64,000 nucleotides of DNA, from IMG/VR virus record IMGVR_UViG_3300021431_000086, positions 1-64,000 of that record, one strand, 5' to 3'. The position numbers and the translations under genes were made by a program. The notes under the pieces were generated by a model. The model was not told the origin of the DNA. It searched no databases and saw only the letters and a list, made by a program, of their open reading frames with translations. Positions 8,990 to 18,742 of the stretch are shown in pieces (position 1 is the stretch's first letter; each line of letters starts with the position of its first letter). This DNA comes from a virus (Duplodnaviria; Caudoviricetes).

Positions 8990-9075
8990 TTATTACGTTA
9001 TTTCGGCATTTCGATATTTCGTGTTTTTTTATTCTGCAACCGCACAACTGCATAATTACACAGCCGCACGGTTGT
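8990..9075. repeat. 8-bp-period repeats between parA and its partner (TATTTCG; GCAACCGC type)
   Basis: Seen directly. Same unit as the large upstream array. Confidence 0.6.
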
Positions 9076-9076
9076 T

Positions 9077-9943
9077 TTACTTTCCCCACCTTTTGAGGTA
9101 TTCGGTGGCGAGCAGGATGAAGTCTTCGGCTGCACGGCTGCGTCCGTGGCGGTAGGAGAAGATGTCGTGACAGACGCCGGGTTGGGGGTCGAAGTCGCGG
9201 TCCTGAGAACTGGGCACATCGTTGGTACGGGAGATGGTTGTCTGGAATACGTCGCCCTCTTCGCGAAGCATTTCCTCTAAGCTCTTGGCAGAGTTGAGCC
9301 GGGCATCCTTCTTTGTGAGCAGCACGCCATGGATTTGCAGCGTGGGATTGCTGACTTTCTTTATCTTCAGAATTTTGCCGATTGTCTTGACGTAGCCATC
9401 GACGGCCAGGGGTTCCAGTTCCACGGGGATGATGATGCCGTCGGCGGCGCAGATAACATTGACCGTGACGCGCGACATGGCGGGCTGGGTGTCGATGAAG
9501 ATGAAGTCGAAACTGCTCTCCCACTCCGTGAGACCTTCGCCGGTGTGGTCGTCGATAGGTTCGGCGAAGAGTGACTTCAGCACGCGAACGGGGTCGGTGA
9601 CGTCGGCGGAGTTGAGGTGTACATCGGCATCCTCCATACGTGGCGAGGATGGCGTGTAGTAGAGTCCGATGTCGTTGCGATAGACGGGGATGTTCTGCCC
9701 GAGGCAGATGGCATTGAAGATGGTGGGTTCGCCAGGTTCGGTGCGCGTACCCTCGCGCTGCGTGTCCCACCCCACGGAGAGGGAGAGGTTGCACTGTGGG
9801 TCGGTGTCGATGACCAGTACGCGGTAGCCGCGCCGCATGATGGCCGACGCCAGGTTCAGTACTGTGGTGGTTTTTCCTGCCCCACCCTTGTTGTTGCTCA
9901 CGGCCACGATGTGCCGGAGGCGGGTTTCTTTCTTCTTACTCAT
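9077..9943 (-). CDS. parA: ParA/Soj family partition ATPase
   Basis: NNKGGAGKTT, VLVIDTDPQCNLS and FDFIFIDTQP. Confidence 0.95.
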   Translation of the reverse strand: MSKKKETRLRHIVAVSNNKGGAGKTTTVLNLASAIMRRGYRVLVIDTDPQCNLSLSVGWDTQREGTRTEPGEPTIFNAICLGQNIPVYRNDIGLYYTPSSPRMEDADVHLNSADVTDPVRVLKSLFAEPIDDHTGEGLTEWESSFDFIFIDTQPAMSRVTVNVICAADGIIIPVELEPLAVDGYVKTIGKILKIKKVSNPTLQIHGVLLTKKDARLNSAKSLEEMLREEGDVFQTTISRTNDVPSSQDRDFDPQPGVCHDIFSYRHGRSRAAEDFILLATEYLKRWGK

Positions 9944-9974
9944 GTTGTTGTAGCTTTATATTTTTATAATAATG

Positions 9975-10470
9975 TATGGTTTCTGCGAATGTGCGGTTAT
10001 GTGGTCGCAGAGCTACGCGGTTGTGTGGTTGTGTAATTACTTGGCTGCGTGAACGTGCGACTACACGATTGTGTTTCTCTGCAACTTTGCATCTCTGTGG
10101 TTGTGCGGTTGTATGGTTGCTTATTCGTACATTATGGAAAATGTGCATTCCTGCGGTTGTGCAACCGCGCAACTGTGCATTTTTGCCAGTGTGCTGTATG
10201 TTATTTACATAACTGCACGATTGCCCGACTGCACGACCGTGTGGGTATGTGACCGCGCGACCGCCAAAACGGACGGTTGTGTGAATGTGTAGTTGTGCGG
10301 TTGCATGGTTGCACAAATACACAATCAACGACGCACAATACAGCACATTGTCCCCGACGAGGGAGAAATTAGAATATACCATAATGATGGTTTTCTGTTG
10401 TAGCTGCTGCAAAGGTATGAAGAATTTTGCAACCGCACAACTTTGTAACCGCAAAAATGTGCGGTACATG
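9975..10470. repeat. Centromere (parS/parC)-like array of degenerate 8-bp repeats (GTGCGGTT / GCAACCGC) in both orientations
   Basis: Dozens of copies upstream of parA, overlapping its -7 box at 10410-10417. Confidence 0.7.
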
Positions 10471-10492
10471 TTGTAAAACATATAATGAGGAC

Positions 10493-10586
10493 ACCCTTGG
10501 CTTCGTTGAGCGAAGTTTACACCTCGGTTTTCCACTTTTGTGCTTGATGTCCGCCCTTGGCTTCGCCGAGCGCAGTTAGCACCTCT
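10493..10586 (+). repeat. Two imperfect direct repeats of about 32 bp (CCCTTGGCTTCGyyGAGCGmAGTT...CACCTC)
   Basis: Copies at about 10494 and 10554. Confidence 0.65.
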
Positions 10587-10594
10587 CGTTTTGT

Positions 10595-10632
10595 TTGCCC
10601 TTGACCTTGAAACCCGGTACATGTATATTGCA
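10595..10632 (+). promoter_or_regulatory. Phage late-promoter motif (TTGCCCTTG-N20-TATATTGCA)
   Basis: Upstream of the MazG-Mom-amidase-terminase operon. Confidence 0.7.
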
Positions 10633-10646
10633 CGAAAAAACAAAAT

Positions 10647-11009
10647 ATGGAACTGAACGAGTATCAACAGCGGGCGATGGGAACGTGTTTGCCGTCGTGC
10701 CGGAACTTCTCTTACATGATGCTGAACCTCGTGGGTGAGGTGGGCGAGTTTGCGGGAAAGGTAGCGAAGGCCATCAGGAAACAGGAGGCTGCGATTGACC
10801 GCAACAGTCTGCTGACGGAAAGCCGCCATGTGATGACGGACGAGGAAATCACGGAACTTCGGAAGGAGGCGGGTGATGTGCTGTGGCAACTCAGTGGACT
10901 GTGCCGTGTGATGGGCTGGGCGTTGGAGGATGTGGCGGGGGAGAATCTGGCGAAGTTGGCAGATAGGAAGAGTAGGGGAGTGGTTGACGGGAGCGGGGAC
11001 GAAAGGTAG
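10647..11009 (+). CDS. MazG-like nucleotide pyrophosphohydrolase
   Basis: NEYQ, LVGEVGE, KEAGDVLWQ, NLAKLADR and GSGDER motifs. Confidence 0.9.
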   Translation: MELNEYQQRAMGTCLPSCRNFSYMMLNLVGEVGEFAGKVAKAIRKQEAAIDRNSLLTESRHVMTDEEITELRKEAGDVLWQLSGLCRVMGWALEDVAGENLAKLADRKSRGVVDGSGDER

Positions 11010-11089
11010 TTGAGAGTTCTTGAACAAGCCAAGCGCCCCTACGGGCCGAGTGGAGAGTTGAAAATTTGGAAATGAAAAGTGAAAATATA

Positions 11090-11494
11090 ATGGTGACTGA
11101 GAAGGAAAAGAGGCATGACTTGGCACTGAGGGCCATTGAGGGTCTGCGTGCGGCGGCGGTGGAGATTGTGAATCTGTTTGCGGAGAAACATGGACTGCCG
11201 AGGTATGACGACCGGGACACGTATTTCGTGGATAAGTTCTGCAACACGTGTATGTTCGGGGACTATGCCTTCGGGATGCAGACGATGATTGAGGACCTGA
11301 CGGGCGACCTGCCGGAGGAGGAACTGATGCGGTGGTACGATTACACCTGTGATTACATGGAGACGTTCGGGTCGTTGGACGGTTGTCCGGACTTCCGGGA
11401 GTGGAACCATGGTGCGTCGCGTTTGGAGCTTGGGCCGATAATGGAGAAGAAGAGGGAACTGGAGAGGATGATTGCACAAGTGAAAGCCTTCTGA
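11090..11494 (+). CDS. Hypothetical phage protein
   Basis: ORF within the operon, with matching codon usage. Confidence 0.7.
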   Translation: MVTEKEKRHDLALRAIEGLRAAAVEIVNLFAEKHGLPRYDDRDTYFVDKFCNTCMFGDYAFGMQTMIEDLTGDLPEEELMRWYDYTCDYMETFGSLDGCPDFREWNHGASRLELGPIMEKKRELERMIAQVKAF

Positions 11495-11550
11495 GTGAAG
11501 AATGAAGAGTGAGGAATGAAGAATAAAAATTAAAAATAAAACTTACGATT

Positions 11551-11832
11551 ATGAAACAGATTGACAGGGAGAAATTTCAAAAGAAGCGGGAGCGGGTGAG
11601 ACTGCAGTTCAGCATGACGTTTTTCGGGAAGAACAACAACATGAGCCTGGCGTGCAGAATCAACGACAAACCGCAGACCCTGGAGCGTATGACCGACGAA
11701 GACCATCTGCTGCTGTGGCAGTTGCTCAATAGTGCGCTGGGAGCACAGGCCAAGGAGATGTTGAAGAGAGACCTGCTGCCGGACGAATTGGCGAAGATAT
11801 ACAGGGACGCTGCGCAAGTGAAGAGTGAATAG
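11551..11832 (+). CDS. Hypothetical phage protein
   Basis: ORF with an A-rich leader. Confidence 0.7.
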   Translation: MKQIDREKFQKKRERVRLQFSMTFFGKNNNMSLACRINDKPQTLERMTDEDHLLLWQLLNSALGAQAKEMLKRDLLPDELAKIYRDAAQVKSE

Positions 11833-11969
11833 TGAAAAAATAGAGTTACCGCAGAGAAATGGAGAGCGCAGAAAGGTTTTATAACTAAGATTTCGCAGAT
11901 TGCACAGATTCCAATATCTACATGTTTCTGCGGTTTCTGCGGGACATAAAAACAACGGATTACACGGAC

Positions 11970-12206
11970 ATGAGCCACAGAAAATACCGCATACCTTTTA
12001 AGCCTTCCTGCTGGAATTGCCGGAGGTTAAAAAAGTCGAAACGCGAGATGGATGTCAGCGATGACGGAGGGGCTGTCAGTATAAGCGCACCTTCTGTTAT
12101 GGATGCGTTGGCTGGGTATTACTGCGACAACTACTGGTTTGGCGATAAGCCTGATAAGGATAGGCTTTTGTGCGGAGGTCGAGAGTATCAATCTGTTTAT
12201 AACTAA
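11970..12206 (+). CDS. Small Cys-rich hypothetical protein
   Basis: CWNC...C...C pattern. Confidence 0.55.
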   Translation: MSHRKYRIPFKPSCWNCRRLKKSKREMDVSDDGGAVSISAPSVMDALAGYYCDNYWFGDKPDKDRLLCGGREYQSVYN

Positions 12207-12220
12207 ACACTGAAGGCTTT

Positions 12221-13348
12221 ATGATTAAGAAACTGACAACGGGTGAATACCTGAAACCCTACGGGGATATGACCGACGTGGAGCGCGAGGCGTACCGCAA
12301 GAGGGTGGGAGAGTGGTTGTGCTCTTCCGGTGAGCGGCTGCTGGCGCTGACGGACAGGCCGATGGCGAAGGCGCAGAACCTGATGATGATGAGTGGAAGG
12401 TGGGAGAGGGAGGACTGCGAGGCGGCGCACGAGGGGGCTGTGCTGCTGACGGCGCTGATGGCGGTGACGGAGACGTGGCTGCCGAGCCAGTTGTGGGTGA
12501 AGAGCGCGTGGCGGGCGGTGAGAAAACTCACGGATGAGCTTTCTGCAATGCACAATTCACAATGCACAAATCACAATGGGGCTGGCGAACAGGGAGCGAT
12601 AAACCCGAACAAACAAAACGATAAACCGAGTAAAACACAGAAGGATATTTTTGCGGGACAAAAGAATAACCCTGCGACGGAATCGCAGGGCACACTAACC
12701 GCAAAGGTATCTACTCCCCTCCCTCCACGGGAGGGGTCGGGGGTGGGTCTTTTGCCTGCACGCCCAAAGCACATCGACCAGTACGCTTATCTTTTGCCGA
12801 AGGGTACGCAGGAGCGGGCAGGGGCTGTGTGGGGGATGCTGCGGGAATTGGACGAAGCACGGGAGAAGATGCGCCTCTTGATGGAGGATGTTAATGCGAA
12901 GCCGGATGCGAGGGCAGCATGGGCACGGAAGGCGACGAAGATTGACAGTACGCTGAAGGGGATTTATAAGGAACTGGATGCAGAGTGGGAGAAGCTCGTC
13001 CGCGACGGGCGTGTGGGCGTCGATGCACTGGGGAATGCTTATGTTGTGGATGGTGGGCAGAGTGATCGGAATACTCAGAGCAATCAGAGTAGTCAGAGTA
13101 ATCCAACTGAACTGACCTCGGAGCAAAAGGCGAGACGCAGGGAACTGCGGAAGTGGCTTATCGACCTGCGACGTGGCAAGGAGGGAGAAGCCAGAGAGAA
13201 GCGCATCGAGCAATGGGAGATGAACTGGAAGGAGTACCTGATGCTGGAACCGCTGGATAGTGCGCTGAAGGATGAGAAGGTGGTGGCTGCGGCGGAACAC
13301 TTCGGAGTAGAAATAAACCCGGATAAACAGGACGACAAACAGGGATAA
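12221..13348 (+). CDS. Hypothetical phage protein with repeat-derived linkers
   Basis: 375-aa ORF whose linkers are built from REP-like and 7/9-mer repeats. Confidence 0.75.
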   Translation: MIKKLTTGEYLKPYGDMTDVEREAYRKRVGEWLCSSGERLLALTDRPMAKAQNLMMMSGRWEREDCEAAHEGAVLLTALMAVTETWLPSQLWVKSAWRAVRKLTDELSAMHNSQCTNHNGAGEQGAINPNKQNDKPSKTQKDIFAGQKNNPATESQGTLTAKVSTPLPPREGSGVGLLPARPKHIDQYAYLLPKGTQERAGAVWGMLRELDEAREKMRLLMEDVNAKPDARAAWARKATKIDSTLKGIYKELDAEWEKLVRDGRVGVDALGNAYVVDGGQSDRNTQSNQSSQSNPTELTSEQKARRRELRKWLIDLRRGKEGEAREKRIEQWEMNWKEYLMLEPLDSALKDEKVVAAAEHFGVEINPDKQDDKQG

Positions 13349-13371
13349 ACAGATAAAACACAGACACGACT

Positions 13372-13881
13372 ATGACATTTCACAGTATTGTGCGCCAATG
13401 GTGCAAGACGTATAAACCGATGCTGGATAACCCGACGAACGGGAACAAGCGGTTTTACCTCACTGACTCGCAGGGCGGGTTGGTGGAGATGGCTAAGGGT
13501 ATCATGCCTAAGTTTTCGCCGATGGTGATGATGGAAAGCGTGGTGGAGGGCGGCGGTACAATCACGCGGCCCGAGCGGACATACCCAGTGTATTTCTTTG
13601 TGAGGGCCAGGGCGATGGCTGACGGCGAGGCGGCGGCAGAGGCGAGGGAAGAGGCGTGGTATCACTGCCAGCAGTTCTTGGCGTGGCTGCTCGACAAGCA
13701 CGAGAAGGAGATGGCGGAGAACATCGACGGGGACTTTGCACGGATTGACCTGGACAATGCGATGATTGATTTCGTGAGCACTGATCCGAAAGAGGATGGG
13801 TGGTACGGGGTGATGGTGCAGTTCACGAGGGAGGAACCGCTGAATCTGTGCGTGAACGAGGATTTGTACATTGAGGACTGA
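13372..13881 (+). CDS. Hypothetical protein, possibly tail terminator/completion
   Basis: Size and alpha/beta pattern are consistent. The function is tentative. Confidence 0.45.
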   Translation: MTFHSIVRQWCKTYKPMLDNPTNGNKRFYLTDSQGGLVEMAKGIMPKFSPMVMMESVVEGGGTITRPERTYPVYFFVRARAMADGEAAAEAREEAWYHCQQFLAWLLDKHEKEMAENIDGDFARIDLDNAMIDFVSTDPKEDGWYGVMVQFTREEPLNLCVNEDLYIED

Positions 13882-14018
13882 ACCACGGATACACGGATTG
13901 ATTTCTCTTAACCACGAATTGCACGAATTATACGAATTAAGCATCCGCGTATTCCTGCGATTTCTTTGACGAGCAAAGCGGCAAAGCCGATGACTGTGGG
14001 ACATTAAAAACAACGACT

Positions 14019-14219
14019 ATGGATAAGAATTGCATGACTTGCGGACGAAGGTTTGTAAACATCTATGCCGACGGTAGGGAAGTGAACAGTTGCGGGCTGG
14101 AGCCTGACATGAGGGTGAACGCGCGGATGCACTGCGAGAAGTGGAGCAACCGCATAGTGATTGACATAGGCAGAGAGAAACCGATACCACGGAACGTGCA
14201 GTCGCTGATTAAGATGTAG
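14019..14219 (+). CDS. Small Cys-containing hypothetical protein
   Basis: CMTC...C...C, with an A-rich leader. Confidence 0.55.
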   Translation: MDKNCMTCGRRFVNIYADGREVNSCGLEPDMRVNARMHCEKWSNRIVIDIGREKPIPRNVQSLIKM

Positions 14220-14348
14220 CATAACGGCAACAAGCCGAGTATTAACAATCAAAACACAAAAACGACAATGAAAAGATTTCTTTTCGGTGCGCTGGTGTTC
14301 ACGCTGCTTGGCGCATTCTTCACTCTTCACTTTTAACTCAGTAAGCCT

Positions 14349-14969
14349 ATGGCAAGGAAGCGATATAAGAAAGTGCCCATCTACGACCTCGCTGGCCGTT
14401 GCATCGGCTACGAGGTACCGGAGAAGGGTATCCGCATCATCGAGTGCGAGAAAGCAGAGGCAGACAGAATCATCTGCCAGCATCACTATTCGCACAAGGT
14501 GACGCAGAACTCTTTCGTGTCGCTGCTGGTCATCTATCATGGAAGGGTAGAAGGTGCGCTGCAATGCGGCTACGGCATACGCCCGAAGATAAAGGGCGAG
14601 TACCGACCTGAAGAGGTGCGTGAGTTCGACCGCATGTGGTTGTCCGATACGATGCCGAAGTTCAGCGAGACCATCACTCTTTCGCTCTTCCACCACTACA
14701 TGCGCTTGGCTCACCCGGAGGTGAAGGTACTCATCTCATACGCCGACACCACGGCGGGGAACAACGGAACTATCTATCGGGCCGCCAACTATGAACTGAT
14801 AGACAGACTGCGGGCAGATTTCTACCTGCTGCCTTCGGGCGAGCGAGTGCATCCCGTCTCGATGTGGCACCGCCACAGCACCCGTGCATGGGACTTCCTG
14901 CAACGGCAATATCCAGGCATCGTGCATATCCGCGACGGTTATCAACTGAAATTCATCAAACGGTTATAA
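14349..14969 (+). CDS. mom: Mom-family DNA adenine modification protein
   Basis: HHYSHKV, EFDRMWLSD, SET and LISYADTTAGNNGTIYRAANY match phage Mu Mom-like motifs. Confidence 0.85.
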   Translation: MARKRYKKVPIYDLAGRCIGYEVPEKGIRIIECEKAEADRIICQHHYSHKVTQNSFVSLLVIYHGRVEGALQCGYGIRPKIKGEYRPEEVREFDRMWLSDTMPKFSETITLSLFHHYMRLAHPEVKVLISYADTTAGNNGTIYRAANYELIDRLRADFYLLPSGERVHPVSMWHRHSTRAWDFLQRQYPGIVHIRDGYQLKFIKRL

Positions 14970-14979
14970 CTGAAGAATT

Positions 14980-15612
14980 ATGGCAACACTATACAAGCAA
15001 GGGAGTAGGGGAGAGGTGGTACGGCAGATACAGAAGACTTTGCGGCTGTACCCCGACGGCATCTGGGGACCGCTGACGACGGAGCGCGTCAGGGAGTTTC
15101 AGCGGGAGCACGGACTGAAGGATGACGGCATCGTCGGGCCTGCTACGTTGGCAAAACTGCTGCCGGGTGTGGCGAAGTCGGCACTGGGACTGAAGAAGAG
15201 CCGACGCAACATCAAGGAGATTATCGTGCATTGCACGGCGACGCCGGAGTACCGCGACTACACGGTGGCGGACATACGGCAGTGGCACAAGCTGCAGGGA
15301 TGGTCGGACATCGGGTATCACTATGTGGTGTATCGCGACGGCACGGTACACGAAGGGCGCGACGTGGACATCAGCGGAGCGCACTGCACGGGGCACAACG
15401 CTAACAGCATCGGCGTGGTGTATGTGGGTGGCGTGGCTCCCGATGGCAAGACACCGAAGGACACGCGAACCGACCTACAGAAGGCGGCACTGCTCTCGCT
15501 GCTGCTCGACCTGCGCAAACTCTACCCCCAGGCGGAGATACACGGGCACCGGGACTTCGCTAACAAGGCGTGCCCAAGTTTTGATGCGACGAAGGAATAC
15601 AGGAAGGTGTGA
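14980..15612 (+). CDS. Endolysin: peptidoglycan-binding domain plus N-acetylmuramoyl-L-alanine amidase (Amidase_2)
   Basis: DGIWGPLT/DGIVGPAT, IIVHCTAT, DIGYHY and GHRDFANKACPSF. Confidence 0.95.
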   Translation: MATLYKQGSRGEVVRQIQKTLRLYPDGIWGPLTTERVREFQREHGLKDDGIVGPATLAKLLPGVAKSALGLKKSRRNIKEIIVHCTATPEYRDYTVADIRQWHKLQGWSDIGYHYVVYRDGTVHEGRDVDISGAHCTGHNANSIGVVYVGGVAPDGKTPKDTRTDLQKAALLSLLLDLRKLYPQAEIHGHRDFANKACPSFDATKEYRKV

Positions 15613-15633
15613 GTAATCGGAATAATCGGAACT

Positions 15634-15972
15634 ATGGCAGAACAGGAACAAGAAGAGAAAGCACCGAAGAAGGTGACGGACATCGACGCGGTGGAGGAAA
15701 ACGCGGAGGCAGCGGTGATGGGATTCATAGAGCGGTGGTTACCCATGCCGGGCTTCGCTATCGGCGTGGAGGTGATGGATGCCGGACAACTGCGCGACGC
15801 GATGGGACTGCGGGCAACAATCGACTGGGGCGACCCGTGGCCGATGGCGGAGCGGCTGCTGCTGGGACACGGCTTCCGCTGGCACTACCTCGGCTCTCAG
15901 CGGGTGATGTACTTGCAGGAGAAGGACGGATGGAAGCCCGACACAGGGTGGGCGGAAGCGGAAGAAGTATAA
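15634..15972 (+). CDS. Hypothetical phage protein
   Basis: ORF within the operon. Confidence 0.7.
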   Translation: MAEQEQEEKAPKKVTDIDAVEENAEAAVMGFIERWLPMPGFAIGVEVMDAGQLRDAMGLRATIDWGDPWPMAERLLLGHGFRWHYLGSQRVMYLQEKDGWKPDTGWAEAEEV

Positions 15973-16039
15973 CCACGGATTACGCGGACATTTTTCTACC
16001 ACGAATTTCACGAATTAAACGAATTGTAAGAAAGGTAAT

Positions 16040-16735
16040 ATGGCAGAAGAAACAGTAACCATATCGCAGAAGCTGATGACGGGGGCACTGATGCACTTCG
16101 AGCAGGGGGTGCCGATTGCCGACCTCGACATACGGCGCGAACACAAGGAACGCCTCGCACGGGTGCAGCACGTGTATTGGCAGTGGGTAAAGAACCCTAT
16201 TACACTGGACCCCTTCGCCATGTTCAAGCAACTGGTGAAGGGCAAGGGGGCTGATATTTACTCCGAGTGGCGCATGGCGCAAAAAGATAAGTTTCTGTTC
16301 GACTTCGTGGTGGAGCACATCGCGCCGCCCAGCCGCCGCATAGACGAAGCGAAGGTACGCGCCGCCGCCGACAAGATGATGCGCATCGGTATGGAGACGG
16401 ACAACGTGAACGCCCTCGACAAGGGCAGCAAACGCCTGATGGAGGTGGCACAGCTGGATAAGCCGGAAGAAGAGCGCATAGACATGAGCAAGATGGCGTT
16501 CCTGCCACCTGTGGTGACGACCAGCGTCAAGGACGCGGACGACACGAAAGAGGATGTGGACGACCAGGAGATGAAGCGCATCATGGCGAAGTACGGCGGC
16601 TATGTGGACGAGAAGGAGGTGCGCATCGAGAAAATGGTGGAGGTGATGGTGGCAAGGGGAAAGGCAGACCCACCCCCAACCCCTCCCGTGGAGGGAGGGG
16701 AGCAGGCACCCGAGTATTCAGAACAACCGGAGTAA
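16040..16735 (+). CDS. Putative terminase small subunit
   Basis: Helical protein immediately upstream of the large subunit. Confidence 0.55.
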   Translation: MAEETVTISQKLMTGALMHFEQGVPIADLDIRREHKERLARVQHVYWQWVKNPITLDPFAMFKQLVKGKGADIYSEWRMAQKDKFLFDFVVEHIAPPSRRIDEAKVRAAADKMMRIGMETDNVNALDKGSKRLMEVAQLDKPEEERIDMSKMAFLPPVVTTSVKDADDTKEDVDDQEMKRIMAKYGGYVDEKEVRIEKMVEVMVARGKADPPPTPPVEGGEQAPEYSEQPE

Positions 16736-16744
16736 TCAGAAACT

Positions 16745-18694
16745 ATGTCAAGGATAGGCAGTAACCCCAACAACAGCAGCGACCTGTTTGAGTCGCGGAT
16801 GCTCCCCAACGTGGAGGACTACAAGCCCGGCCCCAGCGACGATGACTGCGACGAGGAGGGTGAATACATCGACTACCAGGGCGACGGGCGCAACACGGTG
16901 TATATGGCTCCGTGGCAGAAGAAAGTGCGCAACTTCGGTTCGCGCTCCACGAAGGTATTGGCAGGGCGCGGTACGGGTAAGTCGGCATTCCTGGCCTTCA
17001 ACATGGCTGACGTGACCACCGGACTGGCCCGCATGATGGGCGGTTTCTGCGGAGCCAGTGCCAAGCAGAACTACACGCGCACGATGCCCAACGTGCTGAA
17101 GGTGATGAACCTGCTGGGTTTCGTAGAGGGTATGCTTTACTTCCTTGGCCGTCCGCCTGCCCGTCTCAGATGGCCTACGCCGCTGGCAAAACCGAGGGTG
17201 TGGGAGAACTGCGTATCGTTTGCCAACGGCTTTGTCTGGCAGATGATTTCGCTGGCGGTGAAGGGTAGTGCCAACGGCCTGAACCTTGCGGCCATTATGG
17301 GAGACGAGACGAAGTATATGCCGTGGCAGCGCGTGAAGGAGGAAGTGCTACCCACCCTGCGCGGCGACTTTCTGCCGAAGTCTTTCCGCAAGACAGAGCA
17401 GAAGCGATGGGGTTACGGCACCGACCCGAAGATGAACAACAAGTGGCTCTCGCAACTCTGGGTGAGCGATGCCGGACTGAACGCACGCGAATGTCTGTGG
17501 GAAAAAGAAGCAGAATATGAGACCACAGATGTCAACCGAAAGATAGAGGAAATGATGGCAGAGGTGAGGTATGCGGAACTCTACGACAAGGAGCACCATA
17601 CCAACCTCGCGGCAAAACTCGCACAAAGCGATGCCTACCTGCGCAAACTCTACGCCCTGCGCACACAGTCGGAGACCTTCTGGCGGTTCTCCAGCATCGA
17701 GAATGCTGCCTTGTTGGGAGGAGAAGCGTGGATTCGGCAGATGCAGCGCGAGTTGCCCGACCTGCTCTTCCGCCTGCAAATCCTCAATCAGCCTCGCGGT
17801 TCGGCAAAGGACGGCTTCTACTGCAACTTCTCAGAACTCAACACCTACGTCAGCGAAGAAATCACCGACCTCGTGTTCGACAAGTACAGCACCCGCATCA
17901 AAGGACGTGCGCTCGACGGACAGCGGTGGCCTACAGACTTCGAGACGGAATCGCTGGAGTGGGACCAGTTGCAGCACGACGGCGAAGATTGCAGTCTGGA
18001 CCTCGACCTCGACTACAAAGAACCCCTGCGTATAGCACTGGATGCCAATTCAGACATCAACTGCTTCGTAGTAGGACAGACGCGCATATTCCAAGGCAAA
18101 CCGTCGCTACTGGTGATGAAGGAGTTCTTCGTGCAGGACGGCGTGCGTCTGCGCGGACTGTCGAAACTCTTTGCACAGTATTACCGTCCCTTCTTGCGCC
18201 GTGGCTGCAAGGAAGTCATTTTCTACGTCGCCAGCAGCATCAAGCAGGGAGCCAGCAAAGCCTACGCTCTGGAAGAGTCGGAACAGTCGCGCTTCGATGT
18301 CGTAGTGACCGACGAACTGACCAGTTACGGCTTCAATGTGACCCGCGCCGAGTTCACGTCGTGGCGACACGAACGCAAGTACCAGTACATCAACGACTGC
18401 TTCGCGGGACAGGCATCGCCCTCCGTATTCATCAACCGCGAGTCGGGCCGCTGCGTCTATCTTCGGGCAGCACTCGAAAACACAGCCGTCGTGCCTGGCA
18501 CCTTCCGCAAGTACAAAGGTGCAGAGAAACTGACCTCGGAAGAAGGCATAGGGGGAGATAAGCGCCAGCGCACCACCATCACCGATGCCTTCGACGACCT
18601 AATCATCGGCATCAAGGAATGTGCCGAGAGCAAGCACAAGGTGGGTGGACGACTCCGAGGAAGGTTCGGGAACTTGGCATTCACACCCACATAA
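16745..18694 (+). CDS. terL: Terminase large subunit
   Basis: AGRGTGKS Walker A, SANGLN, IMGDETK Walker B, ALDANSDIN nuclease acidic motif and TDAFDDL. Confidence 0.9.
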   Translation: MSRIGSNPNNSSDLFESRMLPNVEDYKPGPSDDDCDEEGEYIDYQGDGRNTVYMAPWQKKVRNFGSRSTKVLAGRGTGKSAFLAFNMADVTTGLARMMGGFCGASAKQNYTRTMPNVLKVMNLLGFVEGMLYFLGRPPARLRWPTPLAKPRVWENCVSFANGFVWQMISLAVKGSANGLNLAAIMGDETKYMPWQRVKEEVLPTLRGDFLPKSFRKTEQKRWGYGTDPKMNNKWLSQLWVSDAGLNARECLWEKEAEYETTDVNRKIEEMMAEVRYAELYDKEHHTNLAAKLAQSDAYLRKLYALRTQSETFWRFSSIENAALLGGEAWIRQMQRELPDLLFRLQILNQPRGSAKDGFYCNFSELNTYVSEEITDLVFDKYSTRIKGRALDGQRWPTDFETESLEWDQLQHDGEDCSLDLDLDYKEPLRIALDANSDINCFVVGQTRIFQGKPSLLVMKEFFVQDGVRLRGLSKLFAQYYRPFLRRGCKEVIFYVASSIKQGASKAYALEESEQSRFDVVVTDELTSYGFNVTRAEFTSWRHERKYQYINDCFAGQASPSVFINRESGRCVYLRAALENTAVVPGTFRKYKGAEKLTSEEGIGGDKRQRTTITDAFDDLIIGIKECAESKHKVGGRLRGRFGNLAFTPT

Positions 18695-18742
18695 GCAATA
18701 GATTTAACCCAATATGTTCATACAAATTAAACATCTGCAATT

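Noticed and set aside
9936-11477. 513-aa minus-strand ORF
   Set aside because: It is a shadow of real plus-strand genes plus the stop-poor 8-mer array, and the translation is low-complexity.
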